Shown: positions 49,734 to 60,700 of the stretch, piece after piece
Position numbering within the stretch: position 1 is the stretch's first letter
Layout of the letters: every line of letters starts with the position of its first letter
Source: Yuukianura sp. NJ FZ-2021
Taxonomy: Eukaryota
Assembly (NCBI GenBank): GCA_046563655.1
Contig: JAJCTO010000011.1
Location: 620,001 to 684,000, forward strand
DNA length: 64,000 nt
Direction: 5' to 3'
The notes under the pieces: model-generated
The model's input: the letters and a program-made list of their open reading frames with translations, nothing else
Databases searched by the model: none
Told to the model about the DNA's origin: nothing
Position numbers and translations under genes: made by a program

Positions 49734-50452
49734 GGCCTAATCACCCGCAGGAGACGGCACTGTATCACTAAGCACGCACACTGAGGCGAATTACACAATG
49801 AATGAAATGTTCTGCCGCAGCAAAAACTAGATCCGTCTTCGGTACCAAAATGGTACTAATTAATCACTTCTTTATCTCGGAATTACACAAATTACACTGA
49901 TTCTTGGTCATTCGTGACCTTTGACATGAGCGGAAACCACTGCCAGTGACTCCCATGTGCTAAAACGGAGGCCGCTGTTAGCGACTCCCACATGTTAAAT
50001 GCATGAAAAACACTTTTTAGGCACAAATTTTAACAAATTTCACACACTTTACCTTACTTGACCTTTGGTGACCTCCAGGTCACTGGATCTGCACTCGAAC
50101 GGTCGCCATGTGTAACGCCCTACGACGCTAAACAACTGAAAAACACAACTGGAGCAAACACTGCCGCTCCGCACCAGACTACTCTCTGAGTCCGCAGACT
50201 CTCAGACCCAAATGACCCCAAAACAATCAGCACTGCTCACAACTACATCGGCGAATAAATGTATGAAATATATTTATTCGTCGAGAATAAAATATATACA
50301 ACAAAACCTCCGTCTCACGAAGAGACCCAAAAACCGACTAACCACTAAAACTAAATCTCTCCTCTCTCTCTCTACCACACCGTATCTCGAATCTCCCGCG
50401 GCTCATCTCCGCAACCTAACCTAACTAATCCCCGGAGTAGCAGACGCCAACA

Positions 50453-51434
50453 CAACGAGTACAAGCATGATATTCAGCTGTCACGACTAGAGATAAAATT
50501 TTTTACATGTTGGCGTCATTGGGTCGTTCTGCAAAATTTTCTTTTAGTGCAACCGAGAGGTGCCAGGAATCGACATGTGGCGAAAAGTGCGACAACTAGT
50601 GTGTTCCTAAGTAAAACACAGTAGCAGTTAGAGGTCAAATGTAACCAACAACGAGTACAAGCATGATATTCAGCTGTCATGACTAGAGATAAAAATTTTT
50701 ACATGTTGGCGTCATGGGGTCGTTCTGCAAAATTTTCTTTTAGTGCAACCGAGAGGTGCCAGGAATCGACATGTGGCGAAAAGTGCGACAACTAGTGTGT
50801 TCCTAAGTAAAATACAGTAGCAGTTAGAGGTCAAATGTAACCAACAACGAGTACAAGCATGATATTCAGCTGTCACGACTAGAGATAAAATTTTTTACAT
50901 GTTGGCGTCATGGGGTCGTTCTGCAAAATTTTCTTTTAGTGCAATCGAGAGGTGCCATGAATCGACATGTGGCGAAAAGTGCGACAACTAGTGTGTTCCT
51001 AAGTAAAACACAGTAGCAGTTAGAGGTCAAATGTAACCAACAACGGGTACAAGCATGATATTCAGCTGTCATGACTAGAGATAAAATTTTTACATGTTGG
51101 CGTCATGGGGTCGTTCTGCAAAATTTTCTTTTAGTGCAATCGAGAGGTGCCATGAATCGACATGTGGCGAAAAGTGCGACAACTAGTGTGTTCCTAAGTA
51201 AAACACAGTAGCAGTTAGAGGTCAAATGTAACCAACAACGAGTACAAGCATGATATTCAGCTGTCATGACTAGAGATAAAATTTTTACATGTTGGCGTCA
51301 TGGGGTCGTTCTGCAAAATTTTCTTTTAGTGCAATCGAGAGGTGCCAGGAATCGACATGTGGCGAAAGGTGCGACAACTAGTGTGTTCCTAAGTAAAACA
51401 CAGTAGCAGTTAGAGGTCAAATGTAACCAACAAC
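50453..51434. repeat. Satellite 2 (~196-bp monomer), 5 copies between the two LTR elements
   Basis: 982 bp, five tandem copies of caacgagtacaagcatgatattcagctgtc…gtcaaatgtaaccaa. Confidence 0.97.
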
Positions 51435-51803
51435 TGTAACGCCTCGACGTCACGGTCAGCCATGTGTAACGCCCTACGACGCTAAACAACTGAAAAACAC
51501 AACTGGAGCAAACACTGCCGCTCCGCACCAGACTACCTCTCTGAGCCCACAGGCTCTCAGACCCAAATGACCCCAAAACAATCACCACTGCTCACTACAT
51601 CATCGACGAATAAATGTAAATGTATATTTATTCGTCGCAATAAATATAATACAACAAAACCTCCGTCTCACGCAGAGACCAAAAAACCGACTAACCACTA
51701 AAACTAAATCTCTCCTCTCTCTCTACCACACCGTATCTCGAATCTCCCGCGGCTCATCTCCGCAACCTAACCTAACTAATCCCCGGAGTAGCAGACGCCA
51801 ACA
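51435..51803 (-). repeat. 3' LTR (369 bp)
   Basis: Direct repeat of 54334-54706 with several substitutions and indels. Confidence 0.93.
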
Positions 51804-53379
51804 CATTCCTCTCCAGATGATGGGTGTCGAGCCTGACGACCCTGGCCGACATCCATCAGCGACAACTCCAAAGGCGACTGCGACTCCCGAACCTCTGCAT
51901 CTCCGTGGCCATCATCCTCATCCATGGACATCAGCGGAGTCTTCATCATGGTAATCGTCAACCGCAGCATCCGATTCCTCCCGAGTGCTCCATCCAACAC
52001 GTCAGGCACTTCCACATTGTCACTCACTAAATCACTTTTCACTTGAAGGGAAGTTGTCAAGACAACTCCCTTTGTACCCACATCATCATATTCACTTTTT
52101 AAATTCATGTTCGGCAAAATTCTTTCTAAGAAACTGAGTCCACTACACTTCCACAAACTTTCAGCACCTCCTTCCTTCACTTTACGGGACAGTGAGACCC
52201 TCGGCTGAACATGTGGACAATGAGCACAACAAAAACACAAATAAGCGGAGGCCAATAAATTGACTCCCAGTAACTGCCACAGATTCTGAGTTCCACCTTC
52301 CTTCACTTTACGGGACAGTGAGACCCACGACTCAGAACTTGTGCACAGAAAACCACCGCACTTCAACCAAACTATAGCCAATAATTTCACATCATCACAC
52401 TTGCACGAACTTTTCACTTTTTCAATTTTTAAATCTTGAGGGAATGAGACCCTGAACAACACAATGCATGTAGCATAAGATGCGCTGCGAACCAGCAATG
52501 CCAGGACAACGATCTTCATTTCAATTCTAAATTCACATCCAATTTCTTCTTTCTTATTCCATAGTACCGCAGCACTGTAACTTTCACTTTTGACAACTTG
52601 AGTAACGCCGCACTTCAGCACTGCCGGGCAAACGTTCTCCATACTTTTAACTTACACAATTAACACTTTTTGTAGATACTCACTGTTTGAATCTTGAGTA
52701 ACGCCGCACTTCAGCATCGCCGGGCGTACGTTCTCCTTACGTTTAACACTCAGAACTAACACTTTTTGTAAAAGCCCACATTTTGGAGCTTGAGCGACGC
52801 TGCGAGCCTCGCCGATTGTGGCTGGGACAACGTTCTCTGTCTTGGTAACTTTCATACCGAAGACTTTCCGTAGAAGCTCTCTTTTTGGAGCTTGAGTAAC
52901 GCTGCGAGCCTTGTCACTTGGGACCGGGACAACGTACTCTGGAGCGACGTCGGAAGATTGAGGCCTCGTTCCCGAACATCTCTCCTTAATGAGGACTACT
53001 TTCAACCCCTCATTCTGCTGTAGTATGCCACCCCCGTGGTCATACTCTTCTTTTTGTTAACACTTCTCACTACACACTTCACTTCTCTTCTCACTTCCTG
53101 GATCCACACTATATACAAATGATGCCAGTTGCTAAAACGCAACTCATAAGGCACTAACACTAACACTAACTGAAACTGTGCAAAAATATTTACAATAATG
53201 AGTGACACACAGCACTCAATGACTACTTCAACCAAAACTTTTGACACAAAACTGGAAACACTCTTAACTTTTCCATAATCGTCTAAAAACTGAAGAATTT
53301 CGTCCGCACTTAACTGTACACTATGGAGAATGATGGACGAACTGTCATTCCCCTCTCTTAGTTTAAATTTTCTTGACAT
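51776..53379 (-). pseudogene. Disrupted ORF2-like region of copy 2 (53002-53379, 52652-53005, 51776-52642)
   Basis: Three fragments collinear with the continuous frame 47890-49156. The last fragment ends inside the 3' LTR. Confidence 0.4.
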
Positions 53380-53957
53380 TTTTCATCTTCAGCACAATCA
53401 CTTTCCTCTCCATATTCGCCATACCCCTCTAAAACACTTTCGACATAACTTCCATCAAAACCTCCACTTTCAAAAATTTTCGTCGAGCGGAAGCCAACGG
53501 TGTTGACTCCCATTAGTTTTGAATAATTTCCATGATTTTGGTGGCTCTCCTGTGCCACCATAATGTAACTTGTCACTTTTCTTGATTTTAAAACTTTTGA
53601 CTGCACTTGGTCACATTTCACACATTTCTTGTTCACTTGTTCACATTTGTCACATTTCTGGTTCACTTCAACTTCTGCGTCACTCAACTTTTTCACATTA
53701 CTGATACACACTACTGCCAACTTCTTACTAGTGGCAGACTTTGGAACTTTCGACTTGGTTGGTGCTGAAACGAGTTGCAGGTTTTGCAGGGCCGAATTCA
53801 GCGCCTCTGTCGAATGTGCACTTTCACTTTCACTAGAAGCCACCGCAGCGACTCCCTCGGACACTTTTCTCACTATTTTCTCTTCCACGCCTCGCAAGGC
53901 ATTGGCTACCGCAGCAGCCACTATTTTCTCTACATCTTCCTGTGTGTAAGTTGCCAT
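53358..53957 (-). CDS. ORF1 of the LTR element, 199 aa, in the gag position; helical N-terminus MATYTQEDVEKIVAAAVANALRG
   Basis: First ORF after the PBS/leader, with ATG in gccATGg Kozak context at 53957. No CCHC knuckle seen; Gag identity inferred from position only. Confidence 0.5.
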   Translation of the reverse strand: MATYTQEDVEKIVAAAVANALRGVEEKIVRKVSEGVAAVASSESESAHSTEALNSALQNLQLVSAPTKSKVPKSATSKKLAVVCISNVKKLSDAEVEVNQKCDKCEQVNKKCVKCDQVQSKVLKSRKVTSYIMVAQESHQNHGNYSKLMGVNTVGFRSTKIFESGGFDGSYVESVLEGYGEYGEESDCAEDEKCQENLN

Positions 53958-54321
53958 GGCCCAATCACCCGCAGGAGACGGCACTGTATCACTAAACACG
54001 CACACTGAGGCGAATTACACAATGAATGAAATGTTCTGCCGCAGCAAAAACTAGATCCGTCTTCGGTACCAAAATGGTACTAATTAATCACTTCTTTATC
54101 TCGGAATTACACAAATTACACTGATTCTTGGTCATTCGTGACCTTTGACATGAGCGGAAACCACTGCCAGTGACTCCCATGTGCTAAAACGGAGGCCGCT
54201 GTTAGCGACTCCCATATGTTGAATGCATGAACATCACTTTTAGGCACAAATTTTAACAAATTTCACACACTTTATCTTACTTGACCTTTGGTGACCTCCA
54301 GGTCACTGGATCTGTACGCAA

Positions 54322-54331
54322 ACGGTCGCCA
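54322..54331 (-). promoter_or_regulatory. Primer-binding site TGGCGACCGT, probably tRNA-Arg
   Basis: Begins with TGG 2 nt inside the 5' LTR. Matches my recollection of the tRNA-Arg(UCG) 3' end …CACGGUCGCCA. Confidence 0.75.
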
Positions 54332-54333
54332 TG

Positions 54334-54706
54334 TGTAACGCCTCGACGTCACGGTCAGCCATGTGTAACGCCCTACGACGCTAAACAACTGAAAAACACA
54401 ACTGGAGCAAACACTGCCGCTCCGCACCAGACTATCTCTCTGAGTCCGCAGACTCTCAGACCCAAATGACCCCAAAACAATCACCACTGCTCACAACGGC
54501 ATCGACGAATAAATGTATGAAATATATTTATTCGTCGAGAATAAAATATATACAACAAAACCTCCGTCTCACGAAGAGACCCAAAAACCGACTAACCACT
54601 AAAACTAAATCTCTCCTCTCTCTCTCTACCACACCGTATCTCGAATCTCCCGCGGCTCATCTCCGCAACCTAACCTAACTAATCCCCGGAGTAGCAGACG
54701 CCAACA
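54334..54706 (-). repeat. 5' LTR (373 bp)
   Basis: TGTTGGCGTC…GGCGTTACA on the minus strand, adjacent to the PBS. Confidence 0.93.
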
Positions 54707-57700
54707 CAACGAGTACAAGCATGATATTCAGCTGTCACGACTAGAGATAAAATTTTTACATGTTGGCGTCATTGGGTCGTTCTGCAAAATTTTCTTTTAG
54801 TGCAACCGAGAGGTGCCAGGAATCGACATGTGGCGAAAAGTGCGACAACTAGTGTGTTCCTAAGTAAAACACAGTAGCAGTTAGAGGTCAAATGTAACCA
54901 ACAACGAGTACAAGCATGATATTCAGCTGTCATGACTAGAGATAAAAATTTTTACATGTTGGCGTCATGGGGTCGTTCTGCAAAATTTTCTTTTAGTGCA
55001 ACCGAGAGGTGCCAGGAATCGACATGTGGCGAAAAGTGCGACAACTAGTGTGTTCCTAAGTAAAATACAGTAGCAGTTAGAGGTCAAATGTAACCAACAA
55101 CGAGTACAAGCATGATATTCAGCTGTCACGACTAGAGATAAAATTTTTTACATGTTGGCGTCATGGGGTCGTTCTGCAAAATTTTCTTTTAGTGCAATCG
55201 AGAGGTGCCATGAATCGACATGTGGCGAAAAGTGCGACAACTAGTGTGTTCCTAAGTAAAACACAGTAGCAGTTAGAGGTCAAATGTAACCAACAACGAG
55301 TACAAGCATGATATTCAGCTGTCATGACTAGAGATAAAATTTTTTACATGTTGGCGTCATGGGGTCGTTCTGCAAAATTTTCTTTTAGTGCAATCGAGAG
55401 GTGCCATGAATCGACATGTGGCGAAAAGTGCGACAACTAGTGTGTTCCTAAGTAAAACACAGTAGCAGTTAGAGGTCAAATGTAACCAACAACGAGTACA
55501 AGCATGATATTCAGCTGTCATGACTAGAGATAAAATTTTTTACATGTTGGCGTCATGGGGTCGTTCTGCAAAATTTTCTTTTAGTGCAATCGAGAGGTGC
55601 CAGGAATCGACATGTGGCGAAAAGTGCGACAACTAGTGTGTTCCTAAGTAAAACACAGTAGCAGTTAGAGGTCAAATGTAACCAACAACGGGTACAAGCA
55701 TGATATTCAGCTGTCATGACTAGAGATAAAATTTTTTACATGTTGGCGTCATTGGGTCGTTCTGCAAAATTTTCTTTTAGTGCAATCCGAGAGGTGCCAG
55801 GAATCGACATGTGGCGAACAGTGCGACAACTAGTGTGTTCCTAAGTAAAACACAGTAGCAGTAAGAGGTCAAATGTAACCAACAACAAGTACAAGCATGA
55901 TATTCAGCTGTCATGACTAGAGATAAAAATTTTTACATTTTGGCGTCATGGGGTCGTTCTGCAAAATTTTCTTTTAGTGCAATCGAGAGGTGCCAGGAAT
56001 CGACATGTGGCGAAAAGTGCGACAACTAGTGTGTTCCTAAGTAAAATACAGTAGCAGTTAGAGGTCAAATGTAACCAACAACGAGTACAAGCATGATATT
56101 CAGCTGTCACGACTAGAGATAAAATTTTTTACATGTTGGCGTCATTAGGTCGTTCTGCAAAATTTTCTTTTAGTGCAATCGAGAGTGCCAGGAATCGACA
56201 TGTGGCGAAAAGTGAGACAACTAGTGTGTTCCTAAGTAAAACACAGTAGCAGTTAGAGGTCAAATGTAACCAACAACGAGTACAAGCATGATATTCAGCT
56301 GTCATGATTAGAGATAAAAATTTTTACATGTTGGCGTCATGGGGTCGTTCTGCAAAATTTTCTTTTAGTGCAATCGAGAGGTGCCAGGAATCGACATGTA
56401 GCGAAAAGGTGCGACAACTAGTGTGTTCCTAAGTAAAACACAGTAGCAGTTAGAGGTCAAATGTAACCAACAACGGGTACAAGCATGATATTCAGCTGTC
56501 ATGACTAGAGATAAAATTTTTACATGTTGGCGTCATGGGGTCGTTCTGCAAAATTTTCTTTTAGTGCAATCGAGAGGTGCCAGGAATCGACATGTGGCGA
56601 AAAGTGCGACAACTAGTGTGTTCCTAAGTAAAACACAGTAGCAGTTAGAGGTCAAATGTAACCAACAACGGGTACAAGCATGATATTCAGCTGTCATGAC
56701 TAGAGATAAAATTTTTACATGTTGGCGTCACTGGGTCGTTCTGCAAAATTTTCTTTTAGTGCAATCGAGAGGTGCCAGGAATCGACATGTGGCGAAAAGT
56801 GCGACAACTAGTGTGTTCCTAAGTAAAACACAGTAGCAGTTAGAGGTCAAATGTAACCAACAACGAGTACAAGCATGATATTCAGCTGTCATGACTAGAG
56901 ATAAAAATTTTACATTTTGGCGTCATGGGGTCGTTCTGCAAAATTTTCTTTTAGTGCAATCGAGAGGTGCCAGGAATCGACATGTGGCGAAAAGTGCGAC
57001 AACTAGTGTGTTCCTAAGTAAAATACAGTAGCAGTTAGAGGTCAAATGTAACCAACAACGAGTACAAGCATGATATTCAGCTGTCATGACTAGAGATAAA
57101 ATTTTTACATGTTGGCGTCATTGGGTCGTTCTGCAAAATTTTCTTTTAGTGCAACCGAGAGGTGCCAGGAATCGACATGTGGCGAAAAGTGCGACAACTA
57201 GTGTGTTCCTAAGTAAAACACAGTAGCAGTTAGAGGTCAAATGTAACCAACAACGAGTACAAGCATGATATTCAGCTGTCATGACTAGAGATAAAAATTT
57301 TTACATGTTGGCGTCATGGGGTCGTTCTGCAAAATTTTCTTTTAGTGCAATCGAGAGGTGCCAGGAATCGACATGTGGCGAAAAGTGCGACAACTAGTGT
57401 GTTCCTAAGTAAAATACAGTAGCAGTTAGAGGTCAAATGTAACCAACAACGAGTACAAGCATGATATTCAGCTGTCATGACTAGAGATAAAATTTTTTAC
57501 ATGTTGGCGTCATGGGGTCGTTCTGCAAAATTTTCTTTTAGTGCAATCGAGAGGTGCCAGGAATCGACATGTGGCGAAAAGTGCGACAACTAGTGTGTTC
57601 CTAAGTAAAACACAGTAGCAGTTAGAGGTCAAATGTAACCAACAACGAGTACAAGCATGATATTCAGCTGTCATGACTAGAGATAGAAATTTTTACATGT

Positions 57701-60700
57701 TGGCGTCACGGGGTCTTTCTGCAAAATTTTCTTTTAGTGCAATCGAGAGGTGCCATGAATCGACATGTGGCGAAAAGTGCGACAACTAGTGTGTTCCTAA
57801 GTAAAACACAGTAGCAGTTAGAGGTCAAATGTAACCAACAACGAGTACAAGCATGATATTCAGCTGTCATGACTAGAGATAAAAATTTTTACATGTTGGC
57901 GTCATGGGTCGTTCTGCAAAATTTTCTTTTAGTGCAATCGAGAGGTGCCAGGAATCGACATGTGGCGAAAAGGTGCGACAACTAGTGTGTTCCTTAGTAA
58001 AACACAGTAGCAGTTAGAGGTCAAATGTAACCAACAACGAGTACAAGCATGATATTCGGCTGTCATGACTAGAGATAAAAATTTTTACATGTTGGCGTCA
58101 TGGGGTCGTTCTGCAAAATTTTCTTTTAGTGCAATCGAGAGGTGCCAGGAATCGACATGTGGCGAAAAGTGCGACAACTAGTGTGTTCCTAAGTAAAACA
58201 CAGTAGCAGTTAGAGGTCAAATGTAACCAACAACGAGTACAAGCATGATATTCAGCTGTCATGACTAGAGATAAAAAATTTTTACATGTTGGCGTCATGG
58301 GGTCGTTCTGCAAAATTTTCTTTTAGTGCAATCGAGAGGTGCCAGGAATCGACATGTGGCGAAAGGTGCGACAACTAGTGTGTTCCTAAGTAAAACACAG
58401 TAGCAGTTAGAGGTCAAATGTAACCAACAACGGGTACAAGCATGATATTCAGTTGTCATGACTAGAGATAAAAATTTTTACATGTTGGCGTCATGGGGTC
58501 GATCTGCAAAATTTTCTTTTAGTGCAATCGAGAGGTGCCATGAATCGACATGTGGCGAAAAGTGCGACAACTAGTGTGTTCCTAAGTAAAACACAGTAGC
58601 AGTTAGAGGTCAAATGTAACCAACAACGGGTACAAGCATGACATTCAGCTGTCATGACTAGAGATAGAATTTTTTACATGTTGGCGTCATGGGGTCGTTC
58701 TGCAAAATTTTCTTTTAGTGCAATCGAGAGGTGCCATGAATCGACATGTGGCGAAAAGTGCGACAACTAGTGTGTTCCTAAGTAAAACACAGTAGCAGTT
58801 AGAGGTCAAATGTAACCAACAACGAGTACAAGCATGATATTCAGCTGTCATGACTAGAGATAAAAATTTTTACATGTTGGCGTCATGGGTCGTTCTGCAA
58901 AATTTTCTTTTAGTGCAATCGAGAGGTGCCAGGAATCGACATGTGGCGAAAAGGTGCGACAACTAGTGTGTTCCTTAGTAAAACACAGTAGCAGTTAGAG
59001 GTCAAATGTAACCAACAACGAGTACAAGCATGATATTCAGCTGTCATGACTAGAGATAAAAATTTTTACATGTTGGCGTCATGGGGTCGTTCTGCAAAAT
59101 TTTCTTTTAGTGCAATCGAGAGGTGCCAGGAATCGACATGTGGCGAAAAGTGCGACAACTAGTGTGTTCCTAAGTAAAACACAGTAGCAGTTAGAGGTCA
59201 AATGTAACCAACAACGGGTACAAGCATGATATTCAGCTGTCATGACTAGAGATAAAAAATTTTTACATGTTGGCGTCATGGGGTCGTTCTGCAAAATTTT
59301 CTTTTAGTGCAATCGAGAGGTGCCAGGAATCGACATGTGGCGAAAAGTGCGACAACTAGTGTGTTCCTAAGTAAAACACAGTAGCAGTTAGAGGTCAAAT
59401 GTAACCAACAACGAGTACAAGCATGATATTCAGTTGTCATGACTAGAGATAAAATTTTTACATGTTGGCGTCATTAGGTCGTTCTGCAAAATTTTCTTTT
59501 AGTGCAATCGAGAGGTGCCAGGAATCGACATGTGGCGAAAAGTGCGACAACTAGTGTGTTCCTAAGTAAAACACAGTAGCAGTTAGAGGTCAAATGTAAC
59601 CAACAACGAGTACAAGCATGATATTCAGCTGTCATGACTAGAGATAAAAATTTTTACATGTTGGCGTCATGGGGTCGTTCTGCAAAATTTTCTTTTAGTG
59701 CAATCGAGAGGTGCCAGGAATCGACATGTGGCGAAAAGTGCGACAACTAGTGTGTTCCTAAGTAAAACACAGTAGCAGTTAGAGGTCAAATGTAACCAAC
59801 AACGAGTACAAGCATGATATTCAGCTGTCATGACTAGAGATAAAATTTTTTACATGTTGGCGTCATGGGGTCGTTCTGCAAAATTTTCTTTTAGTGCAAT
59901 CGAGAGGTGCCAGGAATCGACATGTGGCGAAAGGTGCGACAACTAGTGTGTTCTTAAGTAAAACACAGTAGCAGTTAGAGGTCAAATGTAACCAACAACG
60001 GGTACAAGCATGATATTCAGCTGTCATGACTAGAGATAAAATTTTTTACATGTTGGCGTCATTGGGTCGTTCTGCAAAATTTTCTTTTAGTGCAACCGAG
60101 AGGTGCCAGGAATCGACATGTGGCGAAAAGTGCGACAACTAGTGTGTTCCTAAGTAAAACACAGTAGCAGTTAGAGGTCAAATGTAACCAACAACGAGTA
60201 CAAGCATGATATTCAGCTGTCATGACTAGAGATAAAAAATTTTACATTTTGGCGTCATGGGGTCGTTCTGCAAAATTTTCTTTTAGTGCAATCGAGAGGT
60301 GCCAGGAATCGACATGTGGCGAAAAGTGCGACAACTAGTGTGTTCCTAAGTAAAATACAGTAGCAGTTAGAGGTCAAATGTAACCAACAACGAGTACAAG
60401 CATGATATTCAGCTGTCACGACTAGAGATAAAATTTTTTACATGTTGGCGTCATTGGGTCGTTCTGCAAAATTTTCTTTTAGTGCAATCGAGAGGTGCCA
60501 GGAATCGACATGTGGCGAAAAGTGAGACAACTAGTGTGTTCCTAAGTAAAACACAGTAGCAGTTAGAGGTCAAATGTAACCAACAACGAGTACAAGCATG
60601 ATATTCAGCTGTCATGACTAGAGATAAAAATTTTTACATGTTGGCGTCATGGGGTCGTTCTGCAAAATTTTCTTTTAGTGCAATCGAGAGGTGCCAGGAA

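Larger units (their letters stand above)
47890..50452 (-). mobile_element. Non-autonomous LTR retroelement, copy 1 (3' part lost in the gap)
   Basis: 5' LTR 50111-50452 (TGTTGG…TTACA on minus strand), PBS TGGCGACCGT at 50099-50108, internal region collinear with 52109-54333. Confidence 0.88.
51435..54706 (-). mobile_element. Full-length 3272-bp non-autonomous LTR retroelement (probably Ty3/Gypsy-type), copy 2
   Basis: LTRs 54334-54706 (5') and 51435-51803 (3'), both TG…CA. PBS TGGCGACCGT 54322-54331, 2 nt from the 5' LTR. Purine tract GGAGAGGAA abuts the 3' LTR (~51806-51814). 4-bp TSD CAAC (51431-51434, 54707-54710). No pol. Confidence 0.92.
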
